Assembly: GCA_018671245.1 (NCBI GenBank)
Contig: JABHIB010000008.1
Location: 6,284 to 70,283, forward strand
Origin: an archaeon
Lineage (GTDB): Archaea > Nanobdellota > Nanobdellia > SCGC-AAA011-G17 > PNOQ01
DNA length: 64,000 bases
Direction of reading: 5' to 3'
A program made the translations under genes and the position numbers. Positions 1-10,106 of the stretch are shown here, piece by piece. The notes under the pieces are model-generated. The model ran no database searches. It saw nothing but the letters and a program-made list of their open reading frames with translations, and was not told where the DNA came from. Numbering within the stretch: position 1 is the first letter of the stretch; each line of letters starts with the position of its first letter.

Positions 1-2051
1 CCAAATCCATGACTCAAACTAATAATTTTAGAAGCATCGTACAATCTCAAATCCTCAACCAGAACCTTATTACTTCCACCACGAACACTAACACTTTTTG
101 TAATAATTGCTAAATTAGAACTGCCCTCAAGAAACTCAATATCAAGAATCTTTGAACTCATGTTAATCTCAACATTTTGCTGATTAAAGTCATACAAATC
201 ATTGAAATAATAATTGATCTCATCAGAAGGAACGGAAACTGCACCGTAATCAAAAATATCACTAACACTATTTAACTTAAGATTATCCACATTAAACATA
301 TCTCCCATAACAAGAGATTTAGGAGTTCCCTGTTTTAGCTCATGTAAATCTGTAATCATCTCGCCATATCTCTGAGCTTTCAAAACGGCACTAAGATTAG
401 AATATCTAATTGAACTAAAATTACTAAGTAAATTATTAAACGAAACATTTGAAGCCTCTAAAACACTAGGATAGTCAAGCAAATAATAACTCTCATTCAA
501 ATCTCCACTCAAACCAGAAAGAGAACTGATCGCATATTCAATCTCACTAACAGCTAAAGGCAACTCAATCTCAAGATGATCCTCTGCAGAAACAACACTA
601 ATGCTCTTAACAACACTACCCATCTGACCGGCGCTATCAGTAACATTCAAAACAACCTCATAATTTCCAACACTAGTATATGTGTGAGAAACCATAGCAC
701 CTTTAGCAGAGCTATCATCACCAAAATCCCAACTATAATCCATTATTGTTAAATTACTAGATTCTGAATCTTGACCAGAAAATTCGACAGCAAGATTTAC
801 AGGAACATAACTAATAGAATCAATTACAGCGACAGGCAAAGCACTCACATTAAAACGACTTATAGCTTCCTCTCCTGAAAATTCAATCAACAACCTACAG
901 TCATCATCAACTCTAGACGGAGTGACCAAAGAGCTAAACTTATCCAGAGGGATTGCCAACCCACTCAAATTAAATTCATTCATTGTTTCACTCACATCAT
1001 AAAAATAATGATCCTCAGTAGAACCATAAGCTAAATTTAGAGAATTTAAATTAACAGAACCTTCACTTTCTAAATACAATCTAATCGGAACTAAGCACCA
1101 ACTCTCACCAGCACAATCAGAGTTCCTATAACTACTAACAGCACTTTTCAAAACACTGTCATTGACAACTTTCAAAGCACCCAACTCATCACTATGTCTA
1201 GCACTCTGTAAACTTATAAAATAATAATCATATCCAGAAGTTCCAGGATATCTAGGTAATCTGAAATTATCATTATCTGCACTAACTCTAACCTCAAGAT
1301 TCATCGGATTCATCAAAGCATTCACGCTAACATCGCAGGAAACACTTTCCCAACTAGAACCAATATAATCATTAATAATGCACTCCTGACTACCCACTCT
1401 GACAACCAACTCACCAGCACCTTCAGGCTCCATCTTCTTAACTATAAGATTAACTCTGAGATCCAACTCACCAAGCAAACCAGAATGTTCTACTTCAATA
1501 AACTCTCTAGCGAAATTCTTAGGATTAAATTCAGAAACCCCATCTTCAATATCAAAAGAAGAACACTCTTCATTGGGATAAAATGGAGAAGACCATCCTA
1601 CAAAATCTCCGACATACTGCCAATCAATACCATCGTCACCAACATCAACTTTTAAAGGTCCGCCAGAGCCGGAAACACTAAATCTAAAATCACTAACCAT
1701 TCCACTAGTCGCCATATACAAACCGATTAAATATTCGCTAGAATCAAAACTCACACTCGTACTTCCACTTCCTTTTTCATAACTGTACTTTGGTTCGTTT
1801 GTCAAACTCGAATTAACTAAGAGTTCATACAGGCCAATGTTCTTCTCACTATAACTTCCGCAAGAAGAAATATCTGCAGAAAACTCTTCATCGCCAGCAA
1901 CTAAAGAATCACTTGAAAAATAAAGATTGCCTAAAAAATTAGTGTCAAGGCCGTAATTAAATTTACTTAAATTAATCTCTAAACTATCGCCCGCACTAAC
2001 AAAACTAATACAGAATAAAAATACTACCAAAACTGAAATTATTTTTAGCAT
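1..2051 (-). CDS. Secreted PKD-domain surface protein, partial (C-terminus beyond window edge)
   Basis: It is not in the ORF track because it runs off the edge. My manual translation of the minus strand is open from the ATG (2049-2051) to position 1. The N-terminus MLKIISVLVVFLFCISFVSAGDS looks like a Sec signal peptide. A PKD-like signature DYSWDFGDDS..HTYTSVGNYEVVLNVTDSAG is encoded at about 595-750. Confidence 0.7.
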   Translation of the reverse strand, partial: MLKIISVLVVFLFCISFVSAGDSLEINLSKFNYGLDTNFLGNLYFSSDSLVAGDEEFSADISSCGSYSEKNIGLYELLVNSSLTNEPKYSYEKGSGSTSVSFDSSEYLIGLYMATSGMVSDFRFSVSGSGGPLKVDVGDDGIDWQYVGDFVGWSSPFYPNEECSSFDIEDGVSEFNPKNFAREFIEVEHSGLLGELDLRVNLIVKKMEPEGAGELVVRVGSQECIINDYIGSSWESVSCDVSVNALMNPMNLEVRVSADNDNFRLPRYPGTSGYDYYFISLQSARHSDELGALKVVNDSVLKSAVSSYRNSDCAGESWCLVPIRLYLESEGSVNLNSLNLAYGSTEDHYFYDVSETMNEFNLSGLAIPLDKFSSLVTPSRVDDDCRLLIEFSGEEAISRFNVSALPVAVIDSISYVPVNLAVEFSGQDSESSNLTIMDYSWDFGDDSSAKGAMVSHTYTSVGNYEVVLNVTDSAGQMGSVVKSISVVSAEDHLEIELPLAVSEIEYAISSLSGLSGDLNESYYLLDYPSVLEASNVSFNNLLSNFSSIRYSNLSAVLKAQRYGEMITDLHELKQGTPKSLVMGDMFNVDNLKLNSVSDIFDYGAVSVPSDEINYYFNDLYDFNQQNVEINMSSKILDIEFLEGSSNLAIITKSVSVRGGSNKVLVEDLRLYDASKIISLSHGF

Positions 2052-2160
2052 TGCACCTCTAAAGAACTATTTAAATTTATGATATATAAACCTTATCTTT
2101 TATACAAGTCAAAACTGCCAAACAAAAAACCTTTTAAATCCAACTGAAAACAAAAGATAG

Positions 2161-3054
2161 ATGACAAAAACTAGAATTGAGAACTTTTACAATAATAATT
2201 ATAAGAAGTTACTAATCGTTCCGTTAATACTTCTAATATTTGCAATATCAACTCTAACAATTCAACAAACTACAACAGGTTCTTTTGTTAATAGAGATGT
2301 AACACTACAGGGTGGAATCTCTGCAACAATCTACTCTACACAAGAGATAGACAAAGAATCTTTAGAACTAGCACTAATAGGTAGTTTTCCAAACTCTGAC
2401 ATATCACTAAGAGAGTTAGCAAGTTTCACAGACAAAGAAAGGACAGGAATAATAATTGAAGCAACAGAACTAACAAATGAAGAACTAAAACCTTTCTTGG
2501 AAGAAACACTGAACATAGAACTAACAAGAGATATATACTCCATTCAAGAAATCGGTTCAGCTTTAGGTGAATCATTCTATAGAGAGATGTTGATGGCAAT
2601 CGCTTTTGCATTTTTATTAATGGCATCAGTAGTATTCATAATTTTCAGAAAATTAATTCCTTCTCTAGCTGTAGTACTATCTGCAATTTTAGATCTAGGA
2701 GTTACACTAGCAATTGTAAGTCTTTTAGGTTTGAAACTTTCATCTGCAGGAATCGCAGCATTCCTAATGGTTATCGGTTACTCAATCGATACAGACATCC
2801 TACTAACAACAAGAGTTCTAAAAAGAAAACTTGGAACATCATTCGAAAGAACATACGGAGCTTTCAAAACAGGAATCACAATGACTCTAACAACACTAAC
2901 AGCTTTGACTACAGCATTCCTAATAACAAACTCTCCGGTACTAAAACAAATGTTCGGAATAATAATTATAGCATTGATGGTAGACATAATAGCAACATGG
3001 TGTATGAACGCACCAATACTAACTTGGTACACAAACAAAAATGGCAATAAGTAA
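2161..3054 (+). CDS. secF: Protein-export membrane protein SecF
   Basis: 297 aa. It has an N-terminal TM, an extracytoplasmic loop and a C-terminal multi-TM block with the SecD/F-type motif VIGYSIDTDILLTTRV. It overlaps and precedes secD. Confidence 0.8.
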   Translation: MTKTRIENFYNNNYKKLLIVPLILLIFAISTLTIQQTTTGSFVNRDVTLQGGISATIYSTQEIDKESLELALIGSFPNSDISLRELASFTDKERTGIIIEATELTNEELKPFLEETLNIELTRDIYSIQEIGSALGESFYREMLMAIAFAFLLMASVVFIIFRKLIPSLAVVLSAILDLGVTLAIVSLLGLKLSSAGIAAFLMVIGYSIDTDILLTTRVLKRKLGTSFERTYGAFKTGITMTLTTLTALTTAFLITNSPVLKQMFGIIIIALMVDIIATWCMNAPILTWYTNKNGNK

Positions 3055-4600
3055 AATATTCAAAAAAACTAGAGTACTAATTCTACTCTTCTTTGTAATA
3101 ATCAGTATTGTAGCAATCAATCCTCAATTTAATGCACACGGAGTGATAATAAAAGGCATACAAGAAGATAGCCAGGCATCCTTCGCAGGATTTGTACCAC
3201 CAACTTCAGATACATCACCAACAAACTACGAAAGAGTATTAGAAATAAATGATGCGACAATTAAAAATCTAGCAGATTACACAAACAAAATATCTCAAAT
3301 TCAAATAGATGAAACAATTAAAATAACCACAGACAGATCAGAGTACACTCTATTAAAAACAGAATCAATCGGATTAATAGTTCAAGAAGTTCCAACATCA
3401 AACATAAGAAAGGGATTAGAACTTCAAGGTGGAACGAGAGTAATTCTAAAACCGGAACTAGAAGTTACAGATCAAGAGAGAGATGAACTAATCCAAGTTA
3501 TGACTTACAGACTAAACACTTACGGTCTTTCAGATGTTAAAATAAAGAAAAGTGATGACCTTCTAGGAAATAAATACATACTAGTAGAACTAGCAGGTGC
3601 AACAGAACAAGAAGTTAAAGAACTAATAGCATCACAGGGAGTTTTCGAAGCAAGAATAGCAAACGAAACTGTATTTGGTGGAGGTTCAGAAGACATAACT
3701 TTTGTATGTAGGAATGATGGAACCTGTGCAGGAATAAGAGACTGTTCACCAAACTCAGAAGGAACATCATGTAAATTCGAATTTCAAATTCAACTAACTC
3801 AAAAAGCTGCAGAAAATTTTGCAACAGCAACAGGAAATCTAGAAATAAACAATTCAGAATCTGGAGGACAATATCTTTCAGAACCAATAGAACTATACCT
3901 AGACGATCAACTTGTTGACTCACTAAATATAGCTTCAGACCTAAAAGGAGTTGCAGCAACAAAGATAGTAATCTCAGGTCCAGGATTCGGAGAGACAGAA
4001 CAAGAAGCAATCATGAACTCCCTGGATAGCATGAACAAGCTTCAAACAATACTAATAACAGGATCATTCCCATTCAAACTAGAGATAGTAAAACTAGATA
4101 CAATATCTCCAGCACTAGGAAATGAATTTGTTAATAACGCACTACTTGCAGGACTATTTGCAATCCTTGCAGTAACAGCAGTAATATTTATCAGATTTAA
4201 AAAATTAAAAATTTCAATACCGGTATTTGTGACACTAATCTCAGAACTAATTATCATCTTAGGTTTTGCAGCAGTATCAAAACAAAATCTAGATCTAGCA
4301 GCAATAGCAGGTATTATTGCAGCAATAGGTACAGGAGTAGATGATCAAATAGTTATTATTGACGAAGTTATCTCTAAACACACAGAATATTTCTATAAAT
4401 GGAAAGAAAGAGTCAAAAGAGCTTTCTTTATTATTATGGCAGCATACATAACAACACTAGTTGCAATGCTTCCACTATTCCGAGCAGGAGCAGGCCTAAT
4501 AAGAGGTTTCGCTTTGATCATTATTGTAGGAATAACAATAGGTGTATTCTTAACAAGACCAGCATTCGCAGCAATGATGGAAGTTTTGAATGAAGAATAA
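3041..4600 (+). CDS. secD: Protein-export membrane protein SecD
   Basis: 519 aa. It has an N-terminal TM, a large extracytoplasmic domain and a C-terminal 5-TM block with GTGVDDQIVIIDEV. It overlaps secF by 14 nt. Confidence 0.8.
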   Translation: MAISKIFKKTRVLILLFFVIISIVAINPQFNAHGVIIKGIQEDSQASFAGFVPPTSDTSPTNYERVLEINDATIKNLADYTNKISQIQIDETIKITTDRSEYTLLKTESIGLIVQEVPTSNIRKGLELQGGTRVILKPELEVTDQERDELIQVMTYRLNTYGLSDVKIKKSDDLLGNKYILVELAGATEQEVKELIASQGVFEARIANETVFGGGSEDITFVCRNDGTCAGIRDCSPNSEGTSCKFEFQIQLTQKAAENFATATGNLEINNSESGGQYLSEPIELYLDDQLVDSLNIASDLKGVAATKIVISGPGFGETEQEAIMNSLDSMNKLQTILITGSFPFKLEIVKLDTISPALGNEFVNNALLAGLFAILAVTAVIFIRFKKLKISIPVFVTLISELIIILGFAAVSKQNLDLAAIAGIIAAIGTGVDDQIVIIDEVISKHTEYFYKWKERVKRAFFIIMAAYITTLVAMLPLFRAGAGLIRGFALIIIVGITIGVFLTRPAFAAMMEVLNEE

Positions 4601-4635
4601 AAAGCCTTATATATTTCTAGAATAAATTTAACCTT

Positions 4636-4749
4636 ATGGAACAAACAAATTTACTCTTATACATTATGCTAGGAATTTTAGTTGGTGTACTTTATGCACT
4701 TAATAAAATACTACTTAATCAAAAATTAATTCTTAAGAGAAAGAAATAA
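4636..4749 (+). CDS. Possible 37-aa single-TM micro-protein
   Basis: ATG..TAA ORF read by hand: MEQTNLLLYIMLGILVGVLYALNKILLNQKLILKRKK. It has a hydrophobic helix followed by a basic tail and fills the secD-tRNA gap. No other support. Confidence 0.2.
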   Translation: MEQTNLLLYIMLGILVGVLYALNKILLNQKLILKRKK

Positions 4750-4754
4750 GAAAA

Positions 4755-4881
4755 CGCAGGGACTGGGATTTGAACCCAGACACCTATAAAGGTCCGGTTC
4801 TCTCTACATTTTTCATTTTAATTAAACTATTTGAAAAAGTTTATTCGAGACCGGTGCAATACCAGATTATGCGATCCCTGC
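4755..4881 (-). tRNA. tRNA-Ser (anticodon CGA) with 44-nt intron at the canonical 37/38 position (intron 4800-4843)
   Basis: Hand-folded cloverleaf. Acceptor is GCAGGGA/TCCCTGC and the anticodon stem is CCGGT/ACCGG with loop CT-CGA-A..A. The long variable arm is ACCT-TTAT-AGGT and the T-arm is CTGGG-TTCAAAT-CCCAG. It is nearly identical in D and T arms to the second tRNA-Ser at 41629-41711. No CCA is encoded. Confidence 0.85.
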
Positions 4882-4935
4882 ACTAAAAGAAAAATATTAG
4901 TTAGGTTTATATATATTTCCAATCAAAATATAATC

Positions 4936-6369
4936 ATGGGAGAATTGAAACAGAGAGTGTTAAAAAATGTGGGATATAATCTAACGAATACACTAATCCT
5001 AAAATTTGGAGCATTCTTATTTACAATAATAGTAGCAAGACTACTTCAACCAGAACTTTTTGGACTTTATTCCCTGGCCCTAACAATAGGAATAATAGCA
5101 ATTGGTTTAGCTGATGCAGGAGTTAATGCGACCCTAATATATTTTGTCTCATCCGCATTAGGAAAAAACCAAAAAAGTATGGCAAGAGGTTATTTTTCAT
5201 TTCTATTAAAATTTAAGATTTTACTAAGTGTAATAATTGCAATATCCATATTTTCATTATCAAAAATTATATCAGAATCCATATTCCACAAACCTGAATT
5301 AACCCCATTACTAAAGATCATAGCAGTGTATATAATTTTTCAATCATTATTCGAATTTTTTAAAGCTTCTTTTTATGCAATTCAAAAACTAAAATATATA
5401 ACTATCACTCAATCGATATTTCAAACACTGAAATTAATGATAGTTTCAATACTATTAATCCTAGGATATTCTGTATTTGGTGCAATAACAGGATTACTAA
5501 TCTCAACAATAATAGCAACAATTATACTATTCATATTTTTCTATAAAAAATGCCATTTCTTTATGGAAGAAGGAATAAAAAAAATAAACAAAAAAAGAGT
5601 TTTAAAATATTTTTCATATCTATTGATAATCTCACTTTCAGGTATATTTTTTGGATATGTGGACATAGTTATGATTGGTGCACTTCTCCCATCTATAGAA
5701 GTAGGATTCTATAAAGCCGCACAAGCTATTGTTTTTTCTGTAGCAGCATTATTGAGTGTTACTGGAGTTTTGTTACCAGTATTTACACAATTAGATGAAG
5801 AAAAATTAAAAACAATGTTTCAAAAAACATTCCATTATTCTGCAATGGTATCCATACCTGCAGCATTTGGACTTATATTCATATCAAAACAATTTATAGA
5901 GATAATTTATGGAATAGAATATCTTCCAGCAGCAATTGTACTGATCCCCCTATCACTATTAGTGATTGTACAAGCAACAGGATCATTTTTTTCGAATATA
6001 TTTGCAGCAAAAGAAAAACTAAAATGGCCAGCAATAATCATGATTATAGCAACTATACTTAATATAACTCTAAACTATTCTATGATCTTAGCTTATGGGA
6101 TTCTTGGTGCAGCAATAGCAACAGTAATCTCAAGTTATTTTAATGCGATCTCGTTAGGAATATTAGCTAGAAAAAAGATTGGAATAAAAATTCAGTTCAA
6201 TTCAATTTTAAAACCAATGGTTGCCACAACAGTTATGGTAGGATTTTTAATATGGTTTAATGGATATTTTGGGTTAATATTTCCACTATCGATAATAGAA
6301 ATAATACTAGCAACAATAATATACTTTATAACTCTATTTTTAATAAAAGGGATTAAACTAAAACAATAA
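4936..6369 (+). CDS. Wzx/MOP-family oligosaccharide flippase (polysaccharide biosynthesis protein)
   Basis: A polytopic protein of about 477 aa (about 12-14 hydrophobic helices) with the size and layout of Wzx-type flippases. The track start (4831) overlaps the tRNA, so I moved it to ATG 4936 (MGELKQRVLKNVGYNL). Confidence 0.6.
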   Translation: MGELKQRVLKNVGYNLTNTLILKFGAFLFTIIVARLLQPELFGLYSLALTIGIIAIGLADAGVNATLIYFVSSALGKNQKSMARGYFSFLLKFKILLSVIIAISIFSLSKIISESIFHKPELTPLLKIIAVYIIFQSLFEFFKASFYAIQKLKYITITQSIFQTLKLMIVSILLILGYSVFGAITGLLISTIIATIILFIFFYKKCHFFMEEGIKKINKKRVLKYFSYLLIISLSGIFFGYVDIVMIGALLPSIEVGFYKAAQAIVFSVAALLSVTGVLLPVFTQLDEEKLKTMFQKTFHYSAMVSIPAAFGLIFISKQFIEIIYGIEYLPAAIVLIPLSLLVIVQATGSFFSNIFAAKEKLKWPAIIMIIATILNITLNYSMILAYGILGAAIATVISSYFNAISLGILARKKIGIKIQFNSILKPMVATTVMVGFLIWFNGYFGLIFPLSIIEIILATIIYFITLFLIKGIKLKQ

Positions 6370-7369
6370 TAACTGCAATTATTGCTAAAAATAATTCAAA
6401 TGAAATAAAGCTCCAAACAACATCTTTTTCATAAGCACTTCCCTTAAATTTATTTAACAATTTTATAATGATATGACTAACTTTGTAACTCTTTTTTCTA
6501 GGAGTTACTAATCTATCACTTTCATTAGGTTTACCAAAAGCTTCAACTAAACCAGATCTATCAACAACAAGCCCCTTAATCTGTAAGAAAGCATCAATAA
6601 AATATGGGAAAAATAAAAACACTGCAACCTTCTCCATATCTCCGAGGATTGCAAAAATTGCTATTAGCGCCCCAACAGAATGAGTAAATGAATCTCCAGG
6701 AAATATTTTCGCAGGATACCAATTAAAAATCAAAAAGGCAAATAAAATAACACAAATTAATGCCCCAATAAAAGCCAACCAAAGATTATCGGTTATAGCT
6801 GCAACAACACTCAAAGTACCAAGAATTATAAGGCCTAGACTCACTTCAAGTCCATTATATCCTGCAAGCATATTAAACCCATTTGCTGCACCAATGATTG
6901 CAATAGGGATTATTACCAGAGGATATAAAAGGCCAAATTCAACAGGTCCAAAAAACGGAATACTTGCAATAGAATGTCCTGCATCAACAACCATCAGAGG
7001 AATAGCTACTGGAAAAGTGAATATAACTTTCTGCCATATCCTTAATCCAATTTTCCATCCAAGGATATCATCAATAAAACCGAGTAAACATGCAAGTAAC
7101 ACAGAAGTCAGGATAGCAAAACTTTCAATAACATGTTCAGTATTTTTTAAATAAAATACCTTAACAAAAATGTAAAGTAATAGAGCAAAAGATATTCCAA
7201 AAACCACTGGCAATCCTCCACTTTCTGCAACAACTGGCCGATTGAATTTATTCATATCTCTACCAACAAATTTCATCTGCCTAGCACTCTTAATCCACCA
7301 AAATATCAAAATATAAGTAAAAAAGAAACAGATCAAACCAAGACCAATTAAACTTAAAATATTTTCCAT
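6353..7369 (-). CDS. Dolichyl-phosphate HexNAc-1-phosphate transferase (MraY/WecA/AglH family)
   Basis: 338 aa, polytopic. Family motifs are FIDDILG, NGFNMLAGYNGLE and NWYPAKIFPGDS. The start codon lies 3 nt after the aglB stop. Confidence 0.75.
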   Translation of the reverse strand: MENILSLIGLGLICFFFTYILIFWWIKSARQMKFVGRDMNKFNRPVVAESGGLPVVFGISFALLLYIFVKVFYLKNTEHVIESFAILTSVLLACLLGFIDDILGWKIGLRIWQKVIFTFPVAIPLMVVDAGHSIASIPFFGPVEFGLLYPLVIIPIAIIGAANGFNMLAGYNGLEVSLGLIILGTLSVVAAITDNLWLAFIGALICVILFAFLIFNWYPAKIFPGDSFTHSVGALIAIFAILGDMEKVAVFLFFPYFIDAFLQIKGLVVDRSGLVEAFGKPNESDRLVTPRKKSYKVSHIIIKLLNKFKGSAYEKDVVWSFISFELFLAIIAVIIVLV

Positions 7370-7371
7370 TT

Positions 7372-10017
7372 TCAGTAATATCCTTTTTGAGGTAGTTTAA
7401 CAATATTAGGATAATCAATACTTAAATACTCTTCCTTAAACTCAATACCTTCGGGATATTTGATCTCCCAAATTTTCATAGGGCCTATTAATCTGCCATT
7501 ATATAATGCAAGAGGCATACTATCAGAATCATCATAAACTAATTCAAAGTTATCGGTCTGTTTATCAAATAAAAATAAATCAGTCCAAAGTGCAGACATC
7601 CCTCTTTCAGATAAATAAAGTCCTGCACCAAGAGCATTTTGTTTATTTCCACCTATAGCAGGGATAACTTTGAAACAACCGCCAATGCCATCTCCTTCAA
7701 ATCTAGCAAACTGGCCGTTTAAATTAATACAATTCAATGGAATAATTGCCTGTTTTCCTTTATAATAAACTACTGCAGAAGGTTTCTTAATACTCATGCT
7801 CTCATTATCTGAATCTATAGGGACGATAAATCCAATTATAGCTGCATCTCTCCTAGGATAAACATTTCCATTATAAACCAAATCTTCATCTAGAGCATAT
7901 GCCCCAGTATATACATAATTAGTTCCATTTCTAGTCTTTTGAGTTTGAGAAGTACTCATAACAAAAGTATTAATCCAACTATAACGATCATAATTTTCAT
8001 CAGAACCAATACTAGAATATGCAGGATATTTGCCAACCTCATCACTGATAATTAAAAGATGTGTCGCATTATGAACTTTCAAAAATTCGAGAGCTTCATT
8101 TTCATTTTTGGCAGTTAATACGTGCCTTCCAAGGAGATAATTCCAATAACCAAGAGCATTGCCTCCGTCTAAAATAGTAGCCCTATTGGCACCAGTTTGA
8201 ACCCAATACCCATAATCCCACCAATGTGCAAAGACTGCATCTTCTTCAGTATTTTCCCTAACCCATTCCATACCATACTGCCATTGAGCATTATAACTAG
8301 GACCTGTGTATTTAGCAGTATTATGACTAGTCTGGGCAAAACTTAACAAACTTCCACTAACCGGGAGAACCAAAAGTAAAATGATTCCTAAAACCATTGA
8401 GTATTTATACAATTCACTTTTTATTTTCATAGATTTATCGAATATATCACAAACAAAATAAGCTCCGAGTAAGGAGATTATTGGACTAAAAATAAAAAGA
8501 TTCCTGACAGCACCCCTAGCAGACACAAGCATAATTAAAAACCAAGAAAAAACAAAAATATGCCTTTTATCAATTTTTGAGATATTATGAACAAGTGTTT
8601 TATCTTTATTATAAATCTTCAAATAAAGGAAAATTAGTAATCCAGCAAAATACATCAAAGAGCCAATATATAATAAATTAGATAAGAAACTATCTCCATT
8701 CAATATAGAGTTTGAAGAATATTTACTAAAGATAAATGGGATTATGAAAATTATATAAGCAAAAGTTAACTGGATTCTTTTTGTCTTAATTGATTTTAAC
8801 ATATTATAAAATAATAAAATAGAACCAAGGATAAACATCCAAAAGAATAATAATCCAAAATTAGAAATCCACTGAACAACATAAGGTGAATTATTTTCTG
8901 CAACAGTTAAAGCATGCCTACTTCCACCAATAGGATCCAACATTGTTCTAAGAATCTCACTCAACTGATTAAGGATTGCAGAGGGACTAAAAACTATCGA
9001 AGATGAAATAAAAAGCAAAATGATAGTAGAAATGAATGTAATAATCACCGAAGGAACTTTTTCAGAAATATCTCCGCTAAATCTCTTTAATTTTGTTTTA
9101 AACAACAATAAATCTACAAACATTAAAAGGACTGCAAAAACTGCTAACCCTATAGTAAATGAATTTAACAATCCAAAAAACCCACCATATCTAATAGTGA
9201 ATAAACTTAAAATAAACAAAGAAACAAACAACCATACAGAATAAGAAAGAATATCTTTTTTCTTAACTTTTCCAAAAAACCATTCAATAAGTCCAAATAA
9301 TCCAAATATGGCCATTATGAATACATATCCCCCCCAAGTTAACCCCATTAATCCTGTTGATAATCCTGCCAATGAACTAAATAAAATAACAAAACTAATC
9401 TTTTTAGTCTGCCAAGAAACAACAAAGAAATAAAATGCTAAAAACATAAAAAACACTGCAAGAGATTCCTTATCAGAAAAACCTGCCATAGTTCTATACA
9501 AAAAAGTTGGAATGAAAGAAAGAAATGCTGTGGCCAATACTGCAACTTTCAAATCAAACAATCTTCTAATTAAAAGGAAAAATACAAACATAGATAATGC
9601 GAAAAAGATTACAGGATAAATAACATGAACAAACTCAAAACTAATTGAATCCGAGAACAAATGAATAATTTTATAGATGATTACATTAACTTTAGACACT
9701 AAGATAAGTTCCCCTGCAGTTTCATAACCCACAGGAACATATCTCAAAACATCTTTAATCATTAAATTGCCATGTTCAAGAATTTGTAGACCATATCTTA
9801 AAAATACAAATGGATCCAATGCTAAAGGAAGATATTTTCCAGTAGTAATATCCTTAAGTAAGGGGAGATTTGCTAACCTAATATATGAACCAAAAAATAT
9901 CGCAAAAATTAATAAAAGATAATAAACATAATTAATTTTCAATTTTAGATATCTGATTAAATCTTTTTTTCTCTTTGATGCAATCAAGTTTATATCTTGT
10001 CCTAAATTATCTTCCAT
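7372..10017 (-). CDS. aglB: Archaeal oligosaccharyltransferase AglB (STT3 family)
   Basis: An N-terminal block of about 13 TMs is followed by a soluble C-terminal domain carrying the WWDYGYW motif (HWWDYGYWVQ). The track start at 10101 is TTG, so I moved it to the first ATG (10017, MEDNLGQ). This leaves an 89-nt divergent promoter region. Confidence 0.85.
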   Translation of the reverse strand: MEDNLGQDINLIASKRKKDLIRYLKLKINYVYYLLLIFAIFFGSYIRLANLPLLKDITTGKYLPLALDPFVFLRYGLQILEHGNLMIKDVLRYVPVGYETAGELILVSKVNVIIYKIIHLFSDSISFEFVHVIYPVIFFALSMFVFFLLIRRLFDLKVAVLATAFLSFIPTFLYRTMAGFSDKESLAVFFMFLAFYFFVVSWQTKKISFVILFSSLAGLSTGLMGLTWGGYVFIMAIFGLFGLIEWFFGKVKKKDILSYSVWLFVSLFILSLFTIRYGGFFGLLNSFTIGLAVFAVLLMFVDLLLFKTKLKRFSGDISEKVPSVIITFISTIILLFISSSIVFSPSAILNQLSEILRTMLDPIGGSRHALTVAENNSPYVVQWISNFGLLFFWMFILGSILLFYNMLKSIKTKRIQLTFAYIIFIIPFIFSKYSSNSILNGDSFLSNLLYIGSLMYFAGLLIFLYLKIYNKDKTLVHNISKIDKRHIFVFSWFLIMLVSARGAVRNLFIFSPIISLLGAYFVCDIFDKSMKIKSELYKYSMVLGIILLLVLPVSGSLLSFAQTSHNTAKYTGPSYNAQWQYGMEWVRENTEEDAVFAHWWDYGYWVQTGANRATILDGGNALGYWNYLLGRHVLTAKNENEALEFLKVHNATHLLIISDEVGKYPAYSSIGSDENYDRYSWINTFVMSTSQTQKTRNGTNYVYTGAYALDEDLVYNGNVYPRRDAAIIGFIVPIDSDNESMSIKKPSAVVYYKGKQAIIPLNCINLNGQFARFEGDGIGGCFKVIPAIGGNKQNALGAGLYLSERGMSALWTDLFLFDKQTDNFELVYDDSDSMPLALYNGRLIGPMKIWEIKYPEGIEFKEEYLSIDYPNIVKLPQKGYY

Positions 10018-10106
10018 CTCAAAAGGATATAATCTATAACTTATAAGATTTACTAAAATTAAAGTGAAATAAACAGATTTAAAAGGGAATAATATAACCA
10101 AAATTT

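Noticed and set aside
4831-4935. N-terminal extensions of two ORF-track proteins (4831-4935 of the flippase ORF and 41580-41678 of the metzincin ORF).
   Set aside because: Both extensions read straight through tRNA-Ser genes on the opposite or same strand. In each case an in-frame ATG directly after the tRNA starts a sensible membrane-protein N-terminus.
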